Of a stretch of 64,000 nt of DNA, positions 52,106 through 64,000 are shown piece after piece. The stretch is taken from assembly GCA_965644265.1 (NCBI GenBank), contig OZ286477.1, positions 26,846,001 through 26,910,000 of the forward strand, in the 5' to 3' direction. The notes below the pieces were generated by a model, which did not search any database, was not told the origin of the DNA, and saw nothing but the letters and a program-made list of their open reading frames with translations. The translations under genes and the position numbers were made by a program. This DNA comes from Glycera tridactyla (taxonomy: Eukaryota). Numbering within the stretch: the stretch's first letter is position 1; each line of letters opens with the position of its first letter.

Positions 52106-54524
52106 TTTGTTGGGAATATTTGATGTAGAATTCGGAAGTATATTTGTGGCAAATTTGGCATATCCTAGATGTTCTTAAAATGAGATAAACTCACCAAAAT
52201 GAGCGTTTCTCGTCAAATGTGAACACCTGATTGATAGGCAGAATACAACATTGGAGACTGGAACAGGGTGTACAGAATACATATTCGATACACATATCTA
52301 TAATCTACATATCCACTGCTACGATTTTGGAGTAGCAACTACTCTCTTCAAGCCAAAATTCATACATTCTAAGAGTGATGCTACTCTGAAAAATCAGGAT
52401 TTTTTTTTCTCAATATTCCATTGCAAATATCGGCACTGCTACTTTTTGAAATAAGCTCTGCTACTTTTTTAGTCTATCAACGTTGGTATCCATGCATATC
52501 TATAAATTACACATGACTGCCAATTTTGTCGTTGCTTGATGAGCTGCATGACTTCATTATCGCATGCATGCTCAAACATTGATCAGTTAAGATTCCGCAC
52601 ATTTCATCGGCGAATAATCGTTTTGTCCATGATTCAGAGTCAAGATAAATACCTTGGGTGGATTAACAACTATTGTCGATACCACATCCGATGTTGATTT
52701 CTTTTAATCACTAGTGCTNNNNNNNNNNNNNNNNNNNNNNNNNNNNNNNNNNNNNNNNNNNNNNNNNNNNNNNNNNNNNNNNNNNNNNNNNNNNNNNNNN
52801 NNNNNNNNNNNNNNNNNNNNNNNNNNNNNNNNNNNNNNNNNNNNNNNNNNNNNNNNNNNNNNNNNNNNNNNNNNNNNNNNNNNNNNNNNNNNNNNNNNNN
52901 NNNGAGAGAGAAAGGAGAAGAGGAAAAGGAAAGAGAATCAGGTATATATGCAGATTGGTTTGAACAATCTCTTGCAAGTTTTCCAATGATCCCCTTGGCA
53001 AATTGCATCACTGTCCTACAATAATTCAGTTAAGTTCCGAGACACGTATCATGTCCTTTAATTTTTTAAGACCAAGTGTTTTGTTGTTGTTGGTGTCGAT
53101 GGTGGTAATGATGATGATTATGATGATGATGATGATGATGATATGTCAAGAGAACAAAGCAAGAGCGTCAAAACAGGGAAAAATATCCTTTGAAATGATG
53201 AATCACATGAACGCGAGCATGTAGCTCATGATTCTTTGAATCCCCATGGTTTGATTTCAATTTCGCCAACAAGGCATTTCATTGTGATTAATATCAGTTT
53301 TTGTCTGACCTATATCCGAGGCAGTTGGGGCAAAATGGCTGCCATGTTTCCCCGTCGATAATGCAAATATTACCCAATCACTGGGCGTCTTACAAACCCG
53401 GGCTTGGCTGATGGTGGCGGCTTCGAACTGCTCTTTTCCGTCAGTACAGATAACATTCGACAATCTATCATGAGATTACTGCCTAGCTCATTCAATGCAA
53501 GAGTGATGTATCACCAAGGCAACGCCTCTCATCCTCATGATTGATCATCCCACTCTGACCCTCATACAAATGCGATGAGCATCGGATAGAATAGACTCTA
53601 GCTAGTGGTGGTTGTGGAATAGGGCACCCAAGATCATCTGTCACACGATCAAGGTGTCACCGATTTCATTTATGGCTGTACATCATATTCGATATATGCG
53701 ATATATTTATATATATAAGCGGTCATCATTCACAATAATCACATTTGGTGAATGAAATTCAAACTTATATAATGTCGAGTCAAAGCATGTGTATGGAAGA
53801 TATTCTGAAATTTCCCTATGAACCTTTCGATAAACCGTATGAATATCTCAAGATTTCAGTAAGGATGAACATATTTTTTCTTCTGATCCTTTCGTATCTC
53901 ATCCAATGCAGAAAATGGGTAGAAAAGGGTACTGGCTACCTCAGTCCTTTGAGGATTCTCAGTTCATTTCAAGCTCTGAATCAGTATCCAAAAGCTGAGG
54001 TACAACACTATCATCACCTATGGTTGAATGAAAGATATCCATCCTTGGGTGTTGCAGAACCACAATCATACATATGCAGGAAACAGGGATGTGATTGATC
54101 CGCGGATTTTCGGGTATTCAATCATAGATCCAGCAATCCAGACAGATGACGAACTTTTAGATCATGAGAATCAGACCAGAATTATTTGTAATTGAGTAGA
54201 GAGTGTAAACGCTGGAAATATATCCGCATTGTTCATAGTAATTCAAACGTAGGAAAAATTAATAAATTCCTTCCAAGATATCGAAAACTATATCAAATGA
54301 TAATGCATGTGAGATATCATGCATACATGTCCGATCCTTTATCAAGATTCAAAATAAACCCTGGCAGAATCATGTTCCCGAAACAAAGCATGGAACTAAA
54401 TTGCCAATGATTTGTCATGCTTTTGAACAATGTTGTGATATAACTTCACTATTTCTTACTCAAAAATCAAAAGCATACTACAGTATGGTTTCTCTCAGTA
54501 ATATATTCCGACAAATTTCCTTAG

Positions 54525-54578
54525 GTACTCGAAAGATAATAGCACTGCTGGAGACTCGAATATTCTTTGGAAAGAAAG
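54525..54578 (+). CDS. Candidate 54-nt symmetric exon (YSKDNSTAGDSNILWKE or TRKIIALLETRIFFGKK)
   Basis: Acceptor aatttccttAG, donor AAG|GTAATG. Confidence 0.25.
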
Positions 54579-55177
54579 GTAATGTTATGATAAGTACAGT
54601 AGTATGTGCAATGATTCCCTACTAATAAAAGTAAATGCCCAAAATATTCTGCAAAACTGTAATTATGGTACGTGTTAAGTTGTTTTATCAATCTAGCACA
54701 AAATTTAGTCAGGTTTGGAGGCCACGGATCGGCAACATCTGTTTTGCGCCATTCCACAAATGTCACAGAATGCATTCTGATGTCATTCGCGAAAGCATTT
54801 GATTAAAATGAGTCATCTTTTTATTTAGATGAAAGTGCTGCTGGCTGTTGTGTTTGACAAAGACAAAGGGTATTATCTGGTGCCTCGTAAATCCTCTCAG
54901 CTGCTGAATCCAGCATGAAGAAGCATATGCCTGCTGTGAGATGCAATGCATTGCAAAGATCTTGGCCTTGCTTTCTTCGCATCATCTCGCAGCGACGGAG
55001 CCTCGGCATCCCAAACCTATCTCTAATTCACCAAGCAAACAGATTTTCTATGTGACATCTTAAACAACGGGAAACCGACAATGGCTGTCTTTTATTTCCC
55101 AAGATAGTACGTTGTTTCTATGTCGTGTTGACATTATGCTCTTTAGTCGGGGGAAATGGCACCCAGGTTTGCTACAG

Positions 55178-55208
55178 CTTCATATCTAAATATTGGTTGA
55201 TGTCGCAG
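55178..55208 (+). CDS. Candidate exon ending FISKYWLMSQ (alternative acceptor at 55147)
   Basis: Near-consensus donor GCAG|GTAAGG; acceptors gtttgctacAG or tgctctttAG. Confidence 0.25.
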
Positions 55209-58200
55209 GTAAGGTCTTCTAATGTCCTGCCTTCTCTCCATGTGCATGCTCTCTTTGTTTGCCTTGCCCCATGGAATTGGCCACTATGATGTCCATTTTA
55301 TTATCTCTTTGGTGTCGTTTGTGTTTTTGCTCGTACAGCAGTATCTAAAGAACATACTGCTCTATCCGTATGCATTCGTTCCGAACCGGTCATTTCCACT
55401 ACAGTCTATTCTCGCGAGGCCTCGACAATCGGTGTTTTCTCCACGCCAAAAGTATGTATTTTGTGAACGAAATGATAACATTGTATGGATATCATCATTG
55501 TCCTCAGCAGCTTATTATCATTAGATTAGTGAAATGCCAATATGGAAATAAAAACTCAGAATTTGTTAGAACTTAATTGAAAGGCTTCTGAGTAAATAAT
55601 CATACTTTCCGGATATTTTTCCATCATATTTCTTAATCATTGATCTCATCATAACGATGGTTTAGCAAAATACTAGGCTAACTCACTCTGGACAAAGTAC
55701 TTCGCTGAGTCAACCATATGGTCTTTAAAGAATATGCAGTATAAACACAACACAAACTATCACCACCATCGCCCCCACCACCACCACAACCACCACCATC
55801 ATCACCATCGTCACCAGCACCAGCACTCACCATTTTCGTGAATTTTTTAAGGACTAGTATGATATTTTCCTCCTCTAACACAACTATGATTTATGAAAAC
55901 AAGGACCAAAAATAATTTAGCCCGACCCGTAAATGCCTACGTATTCTATTCGTGGGAGCGCTGGAGCCGTATCCATTTTATTGAGATGTTATAACTTCAG
56001 TTTAATGACCGGGACAAGTATTTCTTAACATCTTTGTCGTACATCAAGGTATTCTTTATGACCATGATACAATCCACCAATCCAATATTATTTAGTAACT
56101 CTTTCAAAATGAGTGTCCATCCAGAGTCGGGAGGTCTCCTTCGAATCAAAGTTTGAATTTTACGAGCAAAACGTTATTCATACTTAGTTGATTCTTTCAT
56201 TCAGATTTGCGGTTCTCTATGTGAGTTCAAAAGCAAGCCGATAGGGAAATGCAGGTCCTATGCATAATCCATCATCTGTAGGGAGGGTTCCATTATGTCT
56301 TCACTGCCAACCCCGTGTGGTATTTGCACCGAAGAACCTCAAATCGAAAATATATACTGTTTGTCAATTGCATGTGAACCAGAACGATGATATCAAGAGA
56401 TGGCAACCATTGTGATTTGAGATGAAAGATTGCTGTTTTTAAACCACATGTAATTTTCTGGTTGCTATTACTTTAAGGAATTCTAAGATAATTTTATTCG
56501 ATCATCCCAAATACTCAAACATTACTGCAACAATCCTGAATCAATTCTCACTGTTTTGGCGACACAAAACTACAGTTTACGCACAATCCTACCCTAGATT
56601 TGACTATTGCGAAAACTACCACATCCATGAATGATGGAATGAGCAGAGTTTTGTTCATCAGAGTTTGGCATGACTGCAGAGTTTTCAAGCCAGTTCCATT
56701 ACTAATTTCACTAATAGAAGTTTGTCAACTCTGCGATGCTGTGCATGGTGGAATGACCTTGAACAGTGCAATATTCATTATTGGAAAGCAAAATTCTGAG
56801 CAATGAAGTGGTGACACTTCCTCGGAGGATGACAGAGGTGAGATGTGAAGAATTGGTCTTGTTTCATGTATGTTATTCTAATCCATGTCGTGAAGTGAGG
56901 ATAACAGGGAGGCTGACTAATACCACACGATTACCGCCAACATCTAAATCATCTCCTTTCTGGGGGGCAATTCACAGTAAATAATATTAGTGCCTGCGTG
57001 AGCAAAGGCTGACCTTTATCTTCCCATCGTCTTATTCAATAACAGCCTGATTCAACATGGCCCCTATTACATGAACGACCTGATTGTCAACTTCAATTAA
57101 ATATATCTTGGCGACAAATGTCAACAAAGCTTTGCCTTCGGCATCATGACTATTGCAATATTGTGTTGCATGAGATTGTCCGCTCATCACCACAGTATAA
57201 TATTAGTGGTAATGAATATACATTGCATTTTGATTAGGTTATATCAAGACAGAAGTATATTTTTGATGAGACATGCCTCATACTAACTTGTTCTTTCTAT
57301 CAACTTGGCCAAATGTTGTCAAATGAGAGGCAGTAATGAAAATTAGAAACAGAACTTAGCTCCGCTTATTGTCATTACATGGAGATATGATTAATAATGA
57401 TAATTCTGAATTACCAGTAATTATATGCTTCATAAGCACATAATCCCTTTACAAATCGAGAAATAGTCCGATTGATGAGAGGGACCTTCTTGTGAGGCTG
57501 TATGATAATAATAACCATTCTGCCCTTTGCTTGGAACTTCATGATATGCACTTGAAGAATATGTATGAATGGTTTGCAACTATGATTCAGGCGGAATGGT
57601 CAAAGAAACACTTCCAAGATAGACAATTTGCCATCCTGAGAAGCATTGTCATCCCATGGAATCTGTCAGATTGCCTGATCCATCAGCTATTTTGTCAAAT
57701 GACTAGGATTTGGCCGACTTTTGCATCAATAGTAAAATACCATGATTTATGGTCTGTTACGAACTCAAATATGATGATCTGGAAGTATCAGCATGTCTAT
57801 CAAGGAATGATCATGGCGTGCCGAGATCTTCACAGCCCAATTCCCTATTAAAATACCCTGCTATCTTTCAACGAGGGGCATTTTTCTTCTCCGAACGAGA
57901 TACCCCAATATATGTCAGACATATTCCTCGGTGATTTGGGTGCACTACTTTAATCTGGAAAAAGACTTCGATCATGTTTTTTTAAGCAGGCCCATCCAAA
58001 TATGATGTAATGGAAAGATTTGCTTTGAAAGGCAGGCATCCTTTGGGAATTTATGAGATGAACCATCACAACCTAAGGGAAGCCAACAAATCACTTTCCT
58101 TTTGTTGTGGTAGATTTCTGGTTTATTGATATATGGGTGTAGGTGCCTTCTATATGGATGCTGTATGAGGTTTGGATGAGAACTACAGATCATTACATTT

Positions 58201-58209
58201 CGTCAAGCA

Positions 58210-58369
58210 GAAATATTGAGGTTTCAGGTCCACTTTCTGCACTTGAGTAGGCTAAATCAGACCGCCTGCCAAGGAGGAGCGAAGAGGAAGGTTGAAACGT
58301 TCCTGCATGGTAGGACCTGTGATTGAACCCCTAGACCCATTGAACGCTGGACCAGTATGCTACCACTGA
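58210..58369 (-). mobile_element. tRNA-derived SINE, copy 3 (more diverged)
   Basis: caggtccactttctgcacttgagtaggctaaatcagacc.cctgccaaggaggagcgaag...atgctaccactga matches copies 1 and 2. Confidence 0.85.
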
Positions 58370-60544
58370 TATCAACTGGGAACATACTGATCTAGATAAG
58401 CATGACCAATCTCTCCAAAAACCGAAAGTGCCGATGGAGAGGCACATGCTTACAATGATTTCTCTGATCACAGTGACTACCGAATCAAACGAGAAAGTAG
58501 AACTTGATGGAAAACACTCAGAAATTATCTATTATGTTCAACCAGATAGGCGTAGCAAATGAATCCAATGAATAACAATTTTCCTGAATTGGCCGATATG
58601 ATGACTAAGGCGAACACCAATGCCTTTCACTGAGAATGTTGTCCTGAACATTCATGGCAGAAAATTCAATATCTTTTTCATATTCCAGTAACCCAATCAT
58701 GTGTGAGCTAGCGCAAGATTTAGTTGTCTTTTAGGGAAGACCGATCACTTCTCTATATTTGATGTTATGTGGGCATCTCTCTCAAAAACCCTGAAGAGGG
58801 TATGGTAGAGATTTTGGGGACAGTCCATTCATAACCCAATATGCCTCACATAAATTTGTATGACTGATCACATTGGTAAGTCATATCTGATTAAATAGGA
58901 AATGATACATATAAAAGCTATATTCATCTTGCCCTAATACTGAAGCAGGGTAAATGTATCAGCAAATATCATAATTTTCAACCAAAATGAGTAGGAACTT
59001 CTGCAGCAGGTATTTCAGCTGCTACCCATGTGAACAATGAGCAGATGGACACAGCAAAGTGAAGGACTCACAAGTCTGGGTCCCTGGTGTTGAGCTCAGA
59101 AAATGAAGAAGGTATGGGATACACATTGTCAGAACAAGGTTACGTGTATCCCATCCAGGCACTGATAAAAACAACCCAGGCTCACAATGGTTTCTTTGAG
59201 GATTGACTGAAAAGCAACTACATTGGTACCCCTCTACAATGTGCACCTATGTATCGGCACCAAAGAGGGTTGAGAAATGAATCACCGGTATGAAGGATCA
59301 CGTCCATACAAGCCAATTGAAAAGCTGCACTGACAGGCTCTAACAGTGGTATTTGGCTGAAATGTCATCTGCCAGTCAGATTAGTTAAGCTGGGCCATCA
59401 AGTGAAGCTCATTCATCTATTACTTGTTCAGGTCAGCAGGGTGTTCTGCAGTGACTTTTTAATGATCGAAACTGCACAGGGAACCCTGCCAGATGCTCAA
59501 CAGTTACTTAGATATTGGCCTTTGCCCTCGGAATCTATGTATGCATCAGCTATTTCTTAGATCCTTACTGCTTTTTGAAATAACTTGTGTAATGTGTCCC
59601 GTTGATTCCTCTGATATCAATCTCGTCCATTCACTTCTTTGACTTCCAGAATTATTATGAGATTTCACCAGCATCATAATGAGATATCAGCCATTATGGT
59701 TTCTCAGGGAATGTTCTCCATTCTCAGGAAACATTTCTATATTTCACACAGGACATCACTCCAAGTAATCCCTATTCTTCTCTTCTATATGTGTATGAGC
59801 ATCACTACTCTCTCTGTTGATCACATGTTGGCAATCCTGGTGGGTGATATGAACTTTCTGACAGCATGAATAGCCAGATCCTATCATTTACCAAAAAAGA
59901 TACATGAGGTAATAAATTAGTAACTTTCACTTTCAGGGATCGAAGCTACATACCTGTTTGAGTACTATTATAAGCTAACTGGAATTGAGGAGGGTCATGA
60001 TTTAATTGAAATATGCCGGTATAGTATTCTATCTTCGAAACTTTTGATCTTATGGGAAAACTTTAATGAGATACAAAGGTTTCTTGAATATGGAAGCAAT
60101 CTGAAACTTCAATCTGTTTGTGGTGGTCATGCAAGATACATTTTGCAGATTATGCTTGCAAATTCTCTAAATCCATCATCATCAGATCTGTTCTTTTTGA
60201 TATTGTCACTCTCTGGGCACTTTCGTGAACATTTCAACGAGGTGAAATTGTCTCTGTGATACACGAATCAGGTCTGATGTATCAATTTACTCCCATCCAT
60301 CACATCATAAACCAAATAAGTCATTGATGCATTCTGGTCAACTGATCATTTCATTGTTGGTGCTGATTCCAAAATTACACGAGGGCTTGAAAAATCAGGA
60401 ATTGGTAAAAATTTCAAGGCACCTGTCATATATTTGTAGCAGAAAATAATATGAATGAGATATTTTTCTAAAACTTGAAGATCTAAAAAACATTTTGCCA
60501 TTGAGATGATGAGGACCATCAATCAGATACATGTAGTTTGGCAC

Positions 60545-60973
60545 CAAATGCAATTCCATGCACCCTATATTGGTTTTCTGCTGGGTCGAATCAGACAAGA
60601 ACTGAATGTTTCTTCAGATTTTGTTGTTATGGCAATGATTTTGAGGATGGTTTCGGTCAACGAAATGTCTTCTATAGTCAAAGCCTCCGTGCGAGAACAT
60701 GACAATTTAATTTTGAAGTATCAAATCCTGTAACAAATCTTGGTAATATCTACATCTTAACGAACAAATGCAATTCCATGCACCCTATATTGGTTTTCTG
60801 ATAAGAACTGAATATTGTTATGGCAATGCTGAGATTTTGTTGTTATGGCAACGTTTCTAAGGATGACTTCGGTCAAGACAATGTCTTCTATAGTCAAAGC
60901 CTCCGTGCTAATAGATGACCATTTCAGTTCTGAGTATCAAATCCTGTATCAAATCTTGGTAATATCTACATCT
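60545..60973. repeat. Diverged ~210-bp tandem duplication (60545-60757 and 60765-60973)
   Basis: Both copies start caaatgcaattccatgcaccctatattggttttctg and end caaatcttggtaatatctacatct. Confidence 0.95.
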
Positions 60974-61273
60974 GGAGAAACAATCTCAAGACATCTGACA
61001 CACTCACAGGAGGCCCTCAAAGTGGGCCAGTCACTTGAGCTGCTTGAGGTGGAGCTGCTTTGCTGTGAAAACTGAATATATTTTGATATGTTGAGCAGCT
61101 TTCTGAGATAGATGATCAAGCAAATTCTCCAATATGAACCTCATATTCATATTGACTACTCTTCCCTTGCTATATATCTGACCATTCAGACAGTGATGCA
61201 ACCTTCCCAGGAATGTCCATACTGTCCTGGATGACCTCTGATTTCACCCCCACTCTCATTCTAGATATATCAA

Positions 61274-61372
61274 TGGATGGATGGATGGATGGATGGATGG
61301 ATGGATGGATGGATGGATGGATGGATGGATGAATGGATGAATGGATGGATGGATGGATGGACAAATTGGATG
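61274..61372. repeat. (ATGG)n tetranucleotide microsatellite
   Basis: Direct observation; source of the MDGW and HPSI ORFs. Confidence 0.95.
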
Positions 61373-63104
61373 GATAAAAAAACAAGCAGAGAGGCAGGCA
61401 GGCAGTCTGGATCCTTCAAAAAAGGGAATCAACCAGACCTTTATGAGAAAAACATCAGGACTCTATGTAGAAAGAGAGTTGTCCAAATGACAAAATCCAT
61501 TTCAGCTTGGCCCCATTTTGCCATTACAACCCCCCTCCGAAGTGTTCAACCAAATCAGTGAAGCAGTGATCAGCACTGTGATAGAAATCTCATACAACGA
61601 TTTGGTCTGAGTGGGCAAAACCTGGATGAACCCATGCCAGCATTAGTGTCCCACTTGTTCTCTTCAACAATAGAGTGTGCCATTTCTGTCGAAGATGTCT
61701 TGAACTTGCCAGATATCCATGATAAAGCTTTGCCACTTGTGTCATTAGAAAGTCACAACATTTCCTCCAAAACAACTTGCTTAGGTCAATAACATAAAGC
61801 AGCCTAAAGGAATTGAACTCTGTTAGGCTGCTGAGGCACTCACCATTGAGGATGAGCGATGTCTGCTAAATTTAAAGGAAGAAAAAATTGCCTTGCATGA
61901 GTTGCTGGAAAATGAGAATGAAGACGATGAGATGATGATAAAAAAGGATTCTCAAATGATAAGTGTTTCCTGAATACAGCTGGTCTTCTACCGATGCTGT
62001 TGGTATCCCCAAATACCTATACTATTCAAGATGGTCTTAGATATATTTCATCATATGTTTCTTTTGGTCGCATTCGATGGCATGTATCAATGTAAGGGAT
62101 CATGCATGCCATGTGTTCATGATCAAGGAATGTTGGATACACAGACCCCAAAAGACAACACTCTCACAGACCACAAACACTCGAGAGTATACTGCTGGAT
62201 AACCTGTAATGAGAGACCTCGTTCCGGCTCATAGTATGTTTGTAAATACAAATGTATAGATAAAGGCTGACCATTTCATCAGAATGTAGAATGGGATCTG
62301 AAATGAGAGCTCCTGTGAGGAGAAACCACCTTTGACCTATTTGCACTTCATCTGTATCGACAGCATGATCGATTACTACGGACTGTACCTACCATCTATA
62401 AATTACTGACAAAGAATCTATAATGAGGGTCTTTGTTACTAATTGCTCACATAATACAACTTTCTCAAGGCAGCTTCTCAATTTGACATCTGAACAACAA
62501 CTTCATTTGGAATCGATTTTTCAGTGATGTTTGAAGCAGTTTCACTACACAACCTTCATTTTTCCCTGGTTCCCACACACACATGTAGGTGAGGGCACAC
62601 ACACATACACAGACAATCTTGTGTAGTTATAACACAATCCTACCTGGAAAAATCAAATCTATCGATGATTGAATTTCACGATTAATTATTCAAAAACAAT
62701 GTCTTAGGATTTCAACATTGCTGAGCCCCCCCCCCCCCCCCCTGATATGTTGAGCTTCAATTGCACTATTTTCAACAATGGTTTTGAACCTTGTGGTAGC
62801 CCATGCACTTCTTAGCATTCTGTGAAAGAAATACGGTTCATTGATCGGATGAATCTGTCTATAGAAGTACCTAAAAAAGTAGGCAAAACTGCAGAAATTT
62901 GGATGAGGGTGATGTCGGCAGCAGGCTTAAAAGGGGTCACGCTGAACTGGTCTGGTCTGGTTTTGTCTGACCTGCCTGTCTGGATCGGTATGATTGTTTA
63001 ACTTAGCACTTTCGACCGATAATTAGTCGAAGGTAGTTTAGCGAATTGGTCTGACCTTGATCAGAGAGTGATGGGGGTTAGGCAGCTAACTTAAGGTAAT
63101 TTGG

Positions 63105-63564
63105 NNNNNNNNNNNNNNNNNNNNNNNNNNNNNNNNNNNNNNNNNNNNNNNNNNNNNNNNNNNNNNNNNNNNNNNNNNNNNNNNNNNNNNNNNNNNNNNN
63201 NNNNNNNNNNNNNNNNNNNNNNNNNNNNNNNNNNNNNNNNNNNNNNNNNNNNNNNNNNNNNNNNNNNNNNNNNNNNNNNNNNNNNNNNNNNNNNNNNNNN
63301 NNNNNNNNNNNNNNNNNNNNNNNNNNNNNNNNNNNNNNNNNNNNNNNNNNNNNNNNNNNNNNNNNNNNNNNNNNNNNNNNNNNNNNNNNNNNNNNNNNNN
63401 NNNNNNNNNNNNNNNNNNNNNNNNNNNNNNNNNNNNNNNNNNNNNNNNNNNNNNNNNNNNNNNNNNNNNNNNNNNNNNNNNNNNNNNNNNNNNNNNNNNN
63501 NNNNNNNNNNNNNNNNNNNNNNNNNNNNNNNNNNNNNNNNNNNNNNNNNNNNNNNNNNNNNNNN
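63105..63564. other. Assembly gap or masked run (others at 916-1071, 28549-28977, 29526-29792, 38321-38616, 46888-47117, 49835-49965, 52719-52903)
   Basis: N-runs of variable length, mostly next to simple repeats. Confidence 0.95.
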
Positions 63565-64000
63565 GCACACACACAGACTTTGTGTTTGGGAAATTGGAAG
63601 TGGGGAGTTGGAGGTGGGGGGTGGGATGGGGGCGTTGTTTGAAAAAGCTAAATCAGCTCTCTACCTTCTGCAGGTGACATAGCAACCCCCCCCCCCCCTT
63701 AACCGGAGCTGCAGTGATTCGTACTTTATTGGTCGTTTCATATAAAAGGCTCGTTCCGATTCCGAAATAATAGAACCATCTTTATTGCCCCCCCCCCCCA
63801 TCTTGGGACAGGCAGATTGACAAACGTGCAGGCTTGAGGGAGGTAGGCAAGTAGGCAGTCAAATGGTCGTTCAATTGGCGACCTATAAGAGAGGTATGAG
63901 GGCACCTTGATATCAGATGGATTTGAATCGGGTCAGTTGAATTGAACCATCCAAATCAATTGACCAGAAAAAAGGTTGAAATGGGAGGCATGTGTTTCAT

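Larger units (their letters stand above)
56550..62300 (+). pseudogene. Degraded coding-like tract of unknown origin
   Basis: Same-strand open frames 57444-57851 (135 aa), 59939-60259 (106 aa), 60506-60733, 60845-61075 and 61827-61973, separated by stops and frameshifts; interrupted by a SINE, a duplication and an SSR; family not recognised. Confidence 0.35.

Noticed and set aside
60650-61850. EALTIED on the minus strand of both duplicate copies and on the plus strand near 61833
   Set aside because: Opposite strands with little nucleotide similarity; most likely coincidence
28432-63682. Longest track ORFs (28432-29010, 29271-29801, 38286-38726, 46827-47321, 63078-63682)
   Set aside because: They are long only because N-runs contain no stops

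Overview
AT-rich eukaryotic, probably metazoan, genomic DNA (taxon is inference) from a gapped assembly with 8 N-runs, most next to simple repeats. There is no long intact ORF and no protein I can name, so all gene symbols are blank. Most ORF-track entries are microsatellite, N-gap or chance ORFs. Well supported: many microsatellites, three copies of one tRNA-derived SINE, a 182-bp MITE with decayed relatives, several local duplications, a 125-136 bp minisatellite, and a dense CpG-rich regulatory cluster at 20.3-20.6 kb (7 CACGTG E-boxes, an RFX X-box, NRF1-like and CTCF-like motifs). Tentative: promoter or first-exon signatures at 3.4, 50.6 and 52.0 kb, short GT-AG-bounded candidate exons on both strands, a decayed Ty3/Gypsy pol remnant, and a degraded coding-like tract at 56.5-62.3 kb. 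No CRISPR array, rRNA, intact tRNA or prokaryotic system was seen, and I cannot support a clearly new biological system here.
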